From Salisapilia sapeloensis CBS 127946 (lineage: Eukaryota > Protista > Oomycota): DNA of 64,000 nt. The stretch is taken from positions 62,001 to 126,000 of the forward strand of contig JAADVB010000015.1 of assembly GCA_023334545.1 (NCBI GenBank). The letters are read 5' to 3'. The notes beneath the pieces are model-generated. The model did no database searches. It saw only the letters and a program-made list of their open reading frames with translations, and was not told where the DNA came from. Below are positions 47,285 through 57,691 of the stretch, piece after piece; positions within the stretch are counted from its first letter, which is position 1; each line of letters opens with the position of its first letter. The translations under genes were made by a program, and so were the position numbers.

Positions 47285-47895
47285 TTAGCGTCGAGATGCG
47301 TTCTTGCGGACCGTATTTAGATTGTACCCCCAAATACCGACGATGAGGAGAGGAACTGCCAGCAGAGACAGGCCTTGGGACTTGGGAGGAAGCTTGGTGG
47401 AACGCATGGCCTTGCGCTCTGATAGCGTGGTGGCACGACGGCCGTTGTGCTGCAGTCCGCCAGCTCTGGACTGATGGTAGTGGGCGGTCGTGAAGCGTTC
47501 ATAGTCGTTCAGGCCACGCAACATGTGGTTCACATCCTCTCCTGTCAGAGGCTTGTAGTCGTTGTCCTTGGAAATGTCCAGGTCTGGATTGCCTGTGGCT
47601 CCGAACATTTGCATGTCGTACTTAAGTCGAGCAGAGGAGTCTCCGAGGACGTCATACGCTTCTCCGATACGGTGGAATTCAGACTCTCCTGTCTAAAGAC
47701 AAGTGCATTAGTGTTTGTCAAATGGAGAGCACGAGGAACTCGACGTACCTTGTCCGCAAGCTGCTTTCGATCATCCGTTACTCGGTCGGGATGGTGTTCG
47801 AGTGCTAGTTTTCGGTACGCATCCTTGATCTGGTCGGTCGTGGCGCTCCTGGAGACGCCCAAGACAGCGTAGTAGTCTGGTGTATTGTTACTCAT
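47285..47895 (-). CDS. DnaJ-domain protein with C-terminal TM helix; 2 exons
   Basis: [32 protein letters not shown], intron, [22 protein letters not shown]-terminal [16 protein letters not shown]. Confidence 0.88.
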
Positions 47896-48731
47896 CACGA
47901 GAGGAGTGGTGCTAAAGTCGAACGGAGGAGCTCAGGAGATAGCTCGTGGTGGTTCTCTATCCGGTGCTCTAAATTTTGGTACGCGTACCGACTGCTAAGA
48001 AAAGAGACGTTTTCTTAAAGAAATTTGGCAAAGTGTCTTGTGCTGATAGGACGCCCACGAGCGATAATCTGTGAGCTTTTTACCAAATTGGAAAGGAGAA
48101 GATGACGGTAAAGAGGTTTTAAATGTCGGGTGACAGCAAGCCCTGGAAACTCTCGGCGTTGGTGACACAAGAGTACTTGACTGCATACGAGTATAGGCCC
48201 TCCTTTGTCAAGCTGAAACTCAGATAAGCAGCATAACTTCAACCAAACGATGCCATTCTGAAGCGAGATAGGGACATTCAGATCGTCTCATACTTTACTA
48301 AGCGCTAGTAAAGTTCTTTTGATCGACCGAAGTAGTCGTGCGTGAGCAGCACACATGTCAGGCGCGTTGCTCGGTAGTACCTTGTGATCAGGAGGACCAA
48401 GAGCTCATTTATGTCAAATGACACATTCCAAGTAGCTGAAATGAAAGCTACCTGAATGCTTAAACGACGCAAGTAAAAGTCCTTTCATGTGCGATTTATA
48501 GTACTTGTAATTTTAAAGTGGCAAAATCATCAAGCTAGACGTGGAACTTTTCATCCTTTTCCCTTGTCTCTTCAGGCCCTGTCAAGTGCCGCTGCGTTCC
48601 ATCACAAGACACATGAACAATTACAGGATCTCAGTCTCAAGATAAGATGAATACCTTTAGGTAGTACTGCAGCTGCTCCTTCATGTTGGCCAACGACACC
48701 GTCTCTTCACTTGAAAACTAGACAGAGTTAA

Positions 48732-49323
48732 GTGTCTCGGAGGTGGTTTCAGAAGATAGAGGAGCGCACCGATGGTCGAGAGTCACTCGGGGAGGAGCTA
48801 GCGGTGGACTGCGTATCATCGCTGCTGGACAAGTGCCTCTCCTTGCTCATCTTGTCATTTCCCTCCAGCTTGGACCACAAGAGTAGCTGCTTGTGGAAAG
48901 CTCTGTCTTCATGCGTAAAAATTCGCTTGCTTTAGTTTTATACAAAAGAAGTGTTACGCTTGCGGATTTTCCTCGTTCGCTGGAAGATGTTCCAGTTCCG
49001 ACATGCCAGATCCCTCGATCTCACTTCTCTCCTTCTGCTCATGCACAACGTCAAATTCTGTATTGTGAATCAATTTTAAGATAGGACGGACTCGAGAAGT
49101 AGGCAACGGAGCCGACTCTTGTCTCCCGAACATTGGTCGAGCTCCTTTCGGGATAAATATGACCTACTCCACCTTGTTAGCTACGTCATTTAAAGTGAAG
49201 ATATGGTCAGCGTACTCGAATGTTGTCGAGGGTCGAGTCATCCACGCAGTAGACGTTGACACCGACGCAGTCTGGCTGGCTGGGGTCGAACTGGAAGATG
49301 TGGATGCCTATGACCGAAAATGA
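48732..49323 (+). CDS. Possible short multi-exon hypothetical gene
   Basis: Open frames at 48732-48935 and 49069-49323 (..VIHAVDVDTDAVWLAGVELEDVDAYDRK*) with nearby GT/AG sites. No start or homology established. Confidence 0.2.
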
Positions 49324-50199
49324 ACACCATGCTCTATAAAAATAAAACAGAGGCCGACATACCACACTTGGCGCAGAAACAGTGCTGACAGCCAGAGCTT
49401 TTGGATTCGTAGAGAGAAATCTCTGGCGCCTCCAGCATCTCAAAGCACGAGGTAGGAGCGATCTATTCAGCACACAAAGATCGAATTAGATCCTGTATAT
49501 ACAATTATGGAAACCAAACGGACAAGATAGGGGAAGCGACCCTTTTTGCAGGACAAGGTGTTGCTGTCGTCAAAAGCCTCGACGCTCTTGGGCGCCAGGA
49601 TCTGGAAACTATCTCTAGCGTCAGTTGCGCATCTAGTCTAGTCCAGAGAAGATAGCGGTACCATAAAGCGCCACAGTCACAGCTACCACTGTGCTGGAAG
49701 AGAGGGAGTGTTGCTCGAGTGTACTTGCGTCTGCAAGATCGACAACGACGACGGTTAGACAAAAGATACGATAAGAGCATTATAATACCAACATACTGGT
49801 GGTACGCATCGGCAGTCATCGTTCCGTCATACTCTTCCCACTTGCTCTTTCCAGTGGTGCGTCGGATGAGCTCTCGGACCTAAAGATCAGGTTGTGCGTC
49901 AGTTCCACTCGACCAAAAGATCTACAGGCAAGACATGCGAGTCACAACGTACCATCAATATGCCGACGCCCAGGACGATGGTCGACAGGGCCCCGATGGC
50001 TCTGTCCACTTCTCGTGCCATGCCTCCCATCGGACGACGAGAATTCGGCCGGTGGCTTGGATTGTGCTGTCTACAAAACACCCGGCCGCACCATTCTTTT
50101 CCCAAGTGTCCAGGACTGAGTACACTTTATTAGGACAACAACACAAAGATACACAGTAAAGTGAGATACGACGGCACGAGAGACACGGCTTACTTAATC

Positions 50200-51633
50200 T
50201 TATAGTTGAAAGCCAAAGGAGAAGGAAGCTGACTGAGGTTCCGCCACCAGCTTCTCCCACTTGCTCTTCCGGCTCTCTTCCTCCTCCGAAAGCTCCCTAC
50301 AAACTCTATCGTACGCTTCCGGAAGACGATCCTGCAGCGCTGCCTCGAAGGACGTTGGCAACTCCTTCCGCTGCTCCAGATGGTCAAACCCAGACACTTG
50401 GTCTGGTTTGTCCCGTAGAAACCGCACGACGCTCTTCAAGTTGGCCGACGAGACGTAGTTCTGCGTGATGGCGACGCTTTCCTCCAGATTCAGAACCAAG
50501 TGCCACCAGTTGTGCGGAACAAAGACCATCTCGCCTTCGCCACAGACGCACTCGATCGGCTGCTTGTCTTTCGGAAGCTTCTCCGCCTGTCGGTAGAAAG
50601 TCACGAACCACTCCATGAGCGACACTGGCGTCGAAACGTCGCTTAGGTCTTCGTTCGGGTGCACGCCAGGAGGAATGATCTCTGGCGGAAACATTATCCA
50701 CTTCTTCTTGCCTCTCAACACGGCGTTCCAGGCATTCGTAGAGTTCGGGTCGATGTGAAAGGTGGATCCAGACCGCTCGGGACCGATGATGAGCCAGCGA
50801 AAGAACGGACGACTGTCTCCTAGTAAATGGAACAAGTCTTCCTGGAAGTAGGACGGGACACTGTAGTCCTCTCCTAGCTGCGGAGCCTTGGAGGCAAAGT
50901 AGCGGTCGAATATAAACAAAGGCTGATCATCTTTCAAAGTGCGACTGTACTCGAGGTACTTTTCCATACTCATCTGGTATCCTCCAGCCGAATACGTCTT
51001 GCCTCTAGAAGCAGTTGCAAGGTACTCGTCCGTCCACTTTTGTGCTGCTGGCCATTTCGAAACACAATTTTGAATGAGCACAGGTCGGTTCGGAATCTCA
51101 TATTCCTTTCGGAACTGCTCAACAGTAAAGTCGTCTGCATTAATACGGTCCATATTGTCTTTTCGAACCCACTTTTCAGCCACTGGCACCTTGGCGCAGT
51201 AGAAAGATTGAAACAAAAGGTCTGAATAAAAGCCTGGGAAGGACAACGGACGGGCTAGCGGCACATCCGTCCTCTTTGTTTTGGACGCAATATAGCTGTC
51301 TCGCCATGTTGGCCGGACGCAAAAGTCTCCTTGAAATTCTTCGAGCGTTAGCACTCGCCACAGCTCGTCATGGCGGCTGAAAATGTAGCACGCACGGCTG
51401 CATTGACCTAGTGTATCCAGGTCTTTGGCGGACAAACAATTCAACAAACTCAAGAGATATAAGTCGTCAACGCACGCAAGTCTGCCCAGGCCTGGTGTGC
51501 GGCATTCCACGATGCCTCGGTCTTGGTCGGCAAAGTAGTGTCCGAGAGGCTGGACACCGTACGGATGCGTTAGTCGCGTGTCCTCTGTTTTCTGTCTTTT
51601 GGGTGCGTTGTCGCTAGAGTCTGCAGGCGCCAT
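50200..51633 (-). CDS. F-box-like + JmjC 2-oxoglutarate/Fe(II) oxygenase (JMJD6-related)
   Basis: GRLACVDDLYLLSLLNCLSAKDL..SRACY..DELWR (F-box-like). GPERSGSTFHIDPNSTNAWN, VFVPHNWWHLVLNLEESVAITQNYV, with the HxD..H triad intact. Confidence 0.9.
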   Translation of the reverse strand: MAPADSSDNAPKRQKTEDTRLTHPYGVQPLGHYFADQDRGIVECRTPGLGRLACVDDLYLLSLLNCLSAKDLDTLGQCSRACYIFSRHDELWRVLTLEEFQGDFCVRPTWRDSYIASKTKRTDVPLARPLSFPGFYSDLLFQSFYCAKVPVAEKWVRKDNMDRINADDFTVEQFRKEYEIPNRPVLIQNCVSKWPAAQKWTDEYLATASRGKTYSAGGYQMSMEKYLEYSRTLKDDQPLFIFDRYFASKAPQLGEDYSVPSYFQEDLFHLLGDSRPFFRWLIIGPERSGSTFHIDPNSTNAWNAVLRGKKKWIMFPPEIIPPGVHPNEDLSDVSTPVSLMEWFVTFYRQAEKLPKDKQPIECVCGEGEMVFVPHNWWHLVLNLEESVAITQNYVSSANLKSVVRFLRDKPDQVSGFDHLEQRKELPTSFEAALQDRLPEAYDRVCRELSEEEESRKSKWEKLVAEPQSASFSFGFQL

Positions 51634-51740
51634 GGCAATTCGTCCGCTAGAGCCTTGCAGCAAAGATGACGAAGTGGTTGTTTGCTTGGTTGTCTTTCGG
51701 TACCTTCATGCAACCTTCCGAGTTTTAAATGCGATAAGAA

Positions 51741-51750
51741 TCAGATTGGT
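51741..51750 (+). promoter_or_regulatory. CCAAT-box-like motif (TCAGATTGGT) in the divergent JmjC / MORN-DUF900 intergenic region
   Basis: Matches the recalled oomycete TGATTGG CCAAT element; position is consistent with a shared promoter. Confidence 0.4.
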
Positions 51751-52014
51751 ATCTGTTAATTGAGTCACTTGGAAATACTTTTCTCTAGTCGAACGTGGAA
51801 AGAATAAGCACGAGTACCGACAAGTCGCTTCTTGCGCACCTTATTTGAGCTAGATCGCACAATTGACTGCGTGCCTGCAAAGCATTCGACTTACGGCGCG
51901 TTGCAAAACGCAGCCATTCGGAAACGTATCAATTATAAATGCCGAATCACATCCGAATTTTTGCAACAAATTCAAGCACTAACTTATTTCTCATCTCACG
52001 ACCGAGGTGCGAGC

Positions 52015-54627
52015 ATGGGGACGCAGCATGTAGACTCTTCACTCCGCATGGACTTGCTTGCAGAGACGTCTACAAATGAAAACCAAGTGCCTGATGCTGC
52101 AAGTGATTCGAGTCGACACACAGAAGACAGCACGGTCGATTGTTTCAACTATCATCCGTACGCCTTACCACCTTCGATTGCTTTCCACGCATACTCTGTC
52201 GATGATACTGACTCCTTTGCCTTGCACAGTGTCTTTCAGATCATGATGGACCGCCGGAACCAACGTCGCTATAAAGGTGTTTACAGACAAGTACGTCGAC
52301 GAATGTATCAGGACAAGAGACACGTCTTCTAATTGCTGTGATGACATAGTACTCGACACAGCAAAAGTGGATTACATGGATTCTCGTCATCTACGTCGTC
52401 CTGGTTTTCACTGGAGATATTTTAACTTCGTGGGGTATGCTTCTCTATATATCAGGTGTTCTGGATGGAGACTGATGGATGTTCTCACCAGCGCTGGACC
52501 ATGAGATCACGATCGAGCGTCTGCTACTGACGGTCGGATGCGTCATCATCGCCTTTATTGCAGCTAGAGTACGTTTTAAAGCCTTCAATCTGGTTACAGG
52601 TGCACTGACGTGAGCATACGTGTAGCTAGCTTTGGTGATCCGGTGGATGCTCTACTGGGTTATAGTGGCAGAGATGCTGACCCTGGTCATCACGAACGAC
52701 ATCAAGGCTCTTTTCTGGCTTGCCGACGACATCCCAGAGAGCCAGCGCATTGCCCGCAATACCGTGTGGGTCTCGCTCATTGTCCTCGAGTGTCTAACAG
52801 TCATCTTCCACTTTGTCACGCACTACCTCTACCCATGGGTGGGTCGGCAGCACTGGATCGACCCAACCGTCTGGTGGCGGATCACTCCTCATCGGTCCGA
52901 AATGCATACGCTCGAGTACAGTGCAAACCTGTCTCCTCTCGTCTTCTGTACTTCCAACCAACGGGCTGTCGTTCAGTACTGTGGCGGCTTGGACGACGAG
53001 AACAGGCCGCACGGCTTTGGTATCTGGAGAGACAGCAGCTTCCACGGAGAGCACCTGCATGGACAGTGGGAGCACGGTCGACCGATTGGGCCGTTCCAAA
53101 GTCGAGAGCACGGAAGTGGGTACTGCTTTGCTAGTCTCCGCATCGCATACGCGCATAACCGAGCAGAGAGTAAGCCGGATGAAGTGTTGATGTTCCCAAA
53201 GCATGCCAAGGAGCTCGGGTGGGGAGTCACGAGCGTCGAGTGTTCCATATCTGGCGGCTTCTTCTCCTTCCTTCCTCAAGTAAAGCACCTAACGCCGTGG
53301 AACGGAACCGTGAAGACGTCCGTATCGTCTATTAATCTACTGGACACTCCAACCAAAGCTGAAGACTGTGTGCCTGTGCTCAAGTCACCGATGGATCAGT
53401 TGCGAGAAGAGGAGGCGCGTGTCATCACGAGACCCTTGTCGAGCGCCAATGTCCGGGTGAACACGAATGAAGCGCTTGTCTTTATTCACGGGTACAACTG
53501 TCCTCTGGACTATGGCATCTCGAGACTCGGCCAGTTGCTAGCTTTAGGAGACTTTCCCCCGACTTTGCATCCATTCGTCTTCAGCTGGCCCACGGCTGCC
53601 ACCCTCACCTACTTTCCAGGTATTCATTATGGATTGCCACAGTTTGATCGATGATTGACGAAAGAGTAGCCAAGAGCATCGGATGTGAGAGCGAACAAAC
53701 GGCCAAGGACTTTGCCACGTTCTTGCGGAGCATCGTGGACGCTGGCTATGGCAGGATCCATGTCTTGACGCACTCGATCGGAGCTCGCGTCTACTTTGCG
53801 TCGCTCATGAGGGACTACTTGGACCCTGTCTTTAAGGTACGTTGGTATCATGCTTGTTCATGGACTCGAATGCTGACGAGTGTGATTGGCGTAGGACCTG
53901 GATGCAGGCGAGATGGATGAGAAAAAGGCAGAATTGGCCACGTTGACGCTGGTGAATGCAGACTACCCGCAGGTGGACTTTGTCAAGCGAGGAGGAGCGT
54001 TCGACAAGAGTCACCGCTTCTGCCACCACATTACTGTCTACGGAGACCGACGAGACGGGGCACTCGTGTACTCGGAGTGGCTCTCTCGTGCGCACTTGCT
54101 TGACATTCCTATCTATACTATTGGCAAACACGTCGGCAAGCTTCGACGGCCAGCGACTGCTAGATCAGACAGCACCGAATCAAGTCCGGACGAAGGACGA
54201 GTGACCCAGTGGCGGAAGCGACATCGGACAGCAGGGCCCTTTGACAATTCTCGACTCGATACGGATGCGGCGTTCATGAACCAAAGGGGCGTGTTTAGCG
54301 GTGTGGCTAAGTACGCGTACAATGCGCCACGAAACGGCGAAGAAGCCTCCAATGAAGACGAGATCCTGGACATGGATGTAGTGGATACGACCTGGATGGA
54401 CAACAACGTCCACAATTTGCGGCACAACTACTTTAATCTGAACCCGACCATGGTAACTTGTATGCGTTAGTGACATGTATGCATTGAAGCTAATAAATGT
54501 GTAGGTGGAAGACTTGCGCCACGTGATCGTGAATCGCCGACGAGCGAAAGAACGGTCTGGATTGCTTGCAGTGGAAGGCAACATTCACATCTTCCTCGTC
54601 GCCCCTGCGCATGTAAAGAACGCCTAG
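52015..54627 (+). CDS. Multi-TM protein with MORN-like repeats and a DUF900-like alpha/beta-hydrolase domain; multi-exon
   Basis: TM-like segments (KWITWILVIYVVLVF, LLLTVGCVIIAFIAA, VWVSLIVLECLTVIFHFV). YCGGLDDENRPHGFGIW..LHGQWEHGRPIGPF. ALVFIHGYN..PFVFSWP..IHVLTHSIGARV..LTLVNAD..ITVYGDRRDGAL. 5' exon boundaries uncertain. Confidence 0.7.
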
Positions 54628-54861
54628 AACTCTAATAGAATCTCTGTTTGAATTATGTTACTCTGCATCCTCCCTCTTCCATCCATGCTTCTTATCGCCA
54701 TCTAGGCGGCACAGAGTCCTTCTCTCCCATGTCAGGACCGTAGGACCATATCCGCGTCTTAGTCCACTTTCGTTTCTCCTAACCGTTATCAACTCCCATA
54801 CTGAAGTCAGTACAAACGGATGGTTAAAAGAAAAGTTTGAGTCTCCCGCGTTCCAGCCATT

Positions 54862-54876
54862 TCATTTCCTTTTCCG
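54862..54876 (+). promoter_or_regulatory. INR/FPR-like core promoter of alpha-tubulin (TCATTTCCTTTTCCG)
   Basis: YCATTY motif ~90 bp before ATG 54955. Confidence 0.5.
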
Positions 54877-54954
54877 CACCGTCGAGAGCAAGTGCCATCA
54901 CAACACTTTCTTTCGCTTCCACCGCAAGTCGAAAACCACTAGACACACTCCAAC

Positions 54955-56319
54955 ATGCGTGAAATCATCTCCGTCCACCTCGGCCAGGGAGGCATCCAGG
55001 TCGGCAACTCGTGCTGGGAACTCTACTGCCTTGAACACGGCATCCAGCCCGATGGACAGGTCGTGACCGAGAAGGGCGTTGGCGATGAGGACGACACGGC
55101 ATTCTCCACCTTCTTCTCCGAAACCGGCTCTGGCCGATACGTTCCCCGCGCGGTCTTTGTCGACCTTGAGCCTGGTGTCTGTGACGAAGTCCGCACCGGT
55201 GCCTACCGCCAGCTCTACCACCCGGAGCAGCTTATCTCTGGAAAGGAAGACGCGGCCAACAACTACGCGCGTGGTCACTACACCATCGGTAAGGAAGTCG
55301 TCGATCTCGTGCTCGACCGTATCCGTAAGCTTGCGGACAACTGCACTGGTCTCCAGGGCTTCCTCGTCTTCAACGCTGTCGGTGGTGGCACCGGATCTGG
55401 TCTCGGATCCCTCCTCTTGGAGCGTTTGAGTGTCGACTATGGTCGCAAGAGTAAGCTCGGATTCACGATCTACCCATCGCCGCAGGTGTCCACGGCCGTC
55501 GTCGAGCCTTACAACTCGGTGCTGTCGACCCACGCTCTGCTCGAGCACACTGATGTTGCCATCATGTTGGACAACGAAGCCATCTACGACATTTGCCGTC
55601 GTCAACTCGACATTGGCCACCCGTCGTACACGAACTTAAACCGTTTGATTGCCCAAGTCATTTCGTCTCTGACGACGTCCTTGCGCTTCGACGGTTCCCT
55701 CAATGTGGATATCACCGAGTTCCAGACGAACTTGGTGCCATACCCGCGCATCCACTTTATGCTTTCGTCGTATGCTCCGGTCATCTCGGCCGAAAAGGCG
55801 TACCACGAGCAGCTATCTGTCGCTGAAATTACCGCCAGCGCCTTTGAGCCCGCGAACATGATGGCCAAGTGTGATCCTCGTCACGGCAAGTACATGGCTA
55901 CGTGCCTCATGTACCGTGGTGACGTTGTCCCGAAGGACGTCAACGCCGCCGTTGCGTCGATCAAGACGAAGCGTACGATCCAGTTTGTCGACTGGTGCCC
56001 GACAGGCTTCAAGTGTGGTATCAACTTCCAGCCACCGACGGTGGTTCCGGGAGCTGATCTCGCTCGTGTGCAGCGTGCCGTGTGCATGATCTCGAACACG
56101 AGTGCGATTGCCGAGGTCTTCTCACGCATCGATCACAAGTTCGACCTGATGTACTCGAAGCGTGCGTTCGTCCACTGGTACGTTGGCGAAGGTATGGAAG
56201 AAGGAGAGTTCTCGGAGGCTCGTGAGGACCTGGCTGCGCTCGAGAAGGACTACGAGGAGGTCAGCGCCGAGACTGCGGAAGGCGACGGCGAGGAAGACGA
56301 CTTTGGTGAGGAGTACTAG
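54955..56319 (+). CDS. TUBA: Alpha-tubulin (intronless)
   Basis: MREI start, [31 protein letters not shown]-terminal EEY*. Confidence 0.99.
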   Translation: MREIISVHLGQGGIQVGNSCWELYCLEHGIQPDGQVVTEKGVGDEDDTAFSTFFSETGSGRYVPRAVFVDLEPGVCDEVRTGAYRQLYHPEQLISGKEDAANNYARGHYTIGKEVVDLVLDRIRKLADNCTGLQGFLVFNAVGGGTGSGLGSLLLERLSVDYGRKSKLGFTIYPSPQVSTAVVEPYNSVLSTHALLEHTDVAIMLDNEAIYDICRRQLDIGHPSYTNLNRLIAQVISSLTTSLRFDGSLNVDITEFQTNLVPYPRIHFMLSSYAPVISAEKAYHEQLSVAEITASAFEPANMMAKCDPRHGKYMATCLMYRGDVVPKDVNAAVASIKTKRTIQFVDWCPTGFKCGINFQPPTVVPGADLARVQRAVCMISNTSAIAEVFSRIDHKFDLMYSKRAFVHWYVGEGMEEGEFSEAREDLAALEKDYEEVSAETAEGDGEEDDFGEEY

Positions 56320-56590
56320 GTCGGTTTCGCACCATCAGTAACCAGTTGCATGTATTTGCGAGAGAGAAAGAATGAGCAGGATGAATTTGGCAAAGATGCA
56401 AGTGTATTTTTGTGTTTTCGTTTCGTAGATACCAAAGGTCGTGGAGAGTACTAGCTCCGAGAGGGAATGCAGGAGAGGGTGGAAAACTGGGACGCTAGTG
56501 GAGGTGTAAAATCTTGGAGTCAGGTCGTTCGGACCGCTGCCGTCACCCAAGACGGATAGCAGCTTAAATACCTCTTCGTTCGGCGGTGCT

Positions 56591-57691
56591 CTAGACGAGG
56601 CAGCCGTAGTCGGGCGAAATGTGGCAAAAGATGTCGTCGAAGAGCGTCCCGGTCTCGGCAAAGTGGTCCTCTCCATCGTGCACCGGCCGAACGTCTTCGT
56701 ACTTCATCTCGGTCGGCATGAAGTCATGCTGGAGGTTCATGTTGTCCAACGCACAACCACTGGACGGGTGGTCGCCCATGCTCTCTTCTGGCGCGTCGTG
56801 CGGGTAGATGGCCATGGGCTTGGACGAGTCCATCATCATCGAGTCCATAAAGTAAGGGTCGAAGGAGCCGTTGACCATGCGGTTGGGCTGGTATCGGAGG
56901 GTTACCGTCGGCACTTCTCCACCGTACATGGGTTTCTGATACATGGGTCGACGCATGCGCATGTGAGGAGGCACTTGGAAGTCGCCGAATGACCGATCCG
57001 AGTCGGGGCTGATGCTGCAGTCTCCGAACGAAGCGCCGAAGCGACCTGTGGGTGAGCACTCGTCCGTGCTGTCGTCGTCGTCGTCAAAGGCGTGGGCGTT
57101 GATTCGACCGGAAGGATCGATGCCATACGTCTCTGGGGACATAAGTTTGTCAAGCTGCTTCTTAAACGTCGTGTACTGGTACTGCTGCTTGTCGTTGAGA
57201 GCTCCTTGTTCTTTACACCGGTTCAGTTCGTGAAGACTGCGTTTGAGAGAGCGCACTTTTCGGTACGGCCAGTGACGGATGCCGATAGCGCGACAACGTT
57301 TCTTGAAGGCCGTAGCTCGGACGCCAAACTTTTCAGCGGCCACTTTGAGCGGCAGGTGGAAGTGGAGGCTGAAGGCCTCAAAGTTGCAGACGGGGTTCAT
57401 GTGGAGCAACGACTTTCGCTGGCGCATGGGCACGTGGGTCTGATGCGACGGCTGCGGCATCGAAAGCGGGGCATTGAAGTAGGGGGATCCCTCTAGGCAC
57501 TCGGGCACAGGGATCGTGGCGAGGGACAGCGAGTCCGTGGAGGACGAGACAGGCGCTTCAAGGCTTGACGTCTGCTGAAGATTCGGCGTCTCTTCAAGAT
57601 CGCGAGCCGTCGACTCTGGCCGCGGCACCGTGTCCTCGATCTTAATCAGAGAGGAGCTGCTTGGAGCAGGGGAGGCAGCGGATTCGTGCAT
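56591..57691 (-). CDS. RWP-RK domain transcription factor
   Basis: FEAFSLHFHLPLKVAAEKFGVRATAFKKRCRAIGIRHWPYRKVRSL. First plausible ATG is 57691 (MHESAASP); the upstream ORF extension is A/T-rich and UTR-like. Confidence 0.9.
   Translation of the reverse strand: MHESAASPAPSSSSLIKIEDTVPRPESTARDLEETPNLQQTSSLEAPVSSSTDSLSLATIPVPECLEGSPYFNAPLSMPQPSHQTHVPMRQRKSLLHMNPVCNFEAFSLHFHLPLKVAAEKFGVRATAFKKRCRAIGIRHWPYRKVRSLKRSLHELNRCKEQGALNDKQQYQYTTFKKQLDKLMSPETYGIDPSGRINAHAFDDDDDSTDECSPTGRFGASFGDCSISPDSDRSFGDFQVPPHMRMRRPMYQKPMYGGEVPTVTLRYQPNRMVNGSFDPYFMDSMMMDSSKPMAIYPHDAPEESMGDHPSSGCALDNMNLQHDFMPTEMKYEDVRPVHDGEDHFAETGTLFDDIFCHISPDYGCLV

Noticed and set aside
49207-49473. Minus-strand ORF resembling a mitochondrial presequence (LNRSLLPRALRCWRRQRFLS)
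   Set aside because: Starts at GTG rather than ATG, and I could not build a frame-consistent downstream exon.
9518-51633. IDCase and the JmjC dioxygenase as a linked thymine-oxidation / demethylation pair
   Set aside because: They are 40 kb apart, and the JmjC protein is JMJD6/F-box type, not T7H/TET-like.
54898-55620. 240-aa antisense ORF over alpha-tubulin
   Set aside because: Typical antisense open frame produced by strong GC3 codon bias; the same applies to the shadows over thiolase, PEPD and DUF3228.
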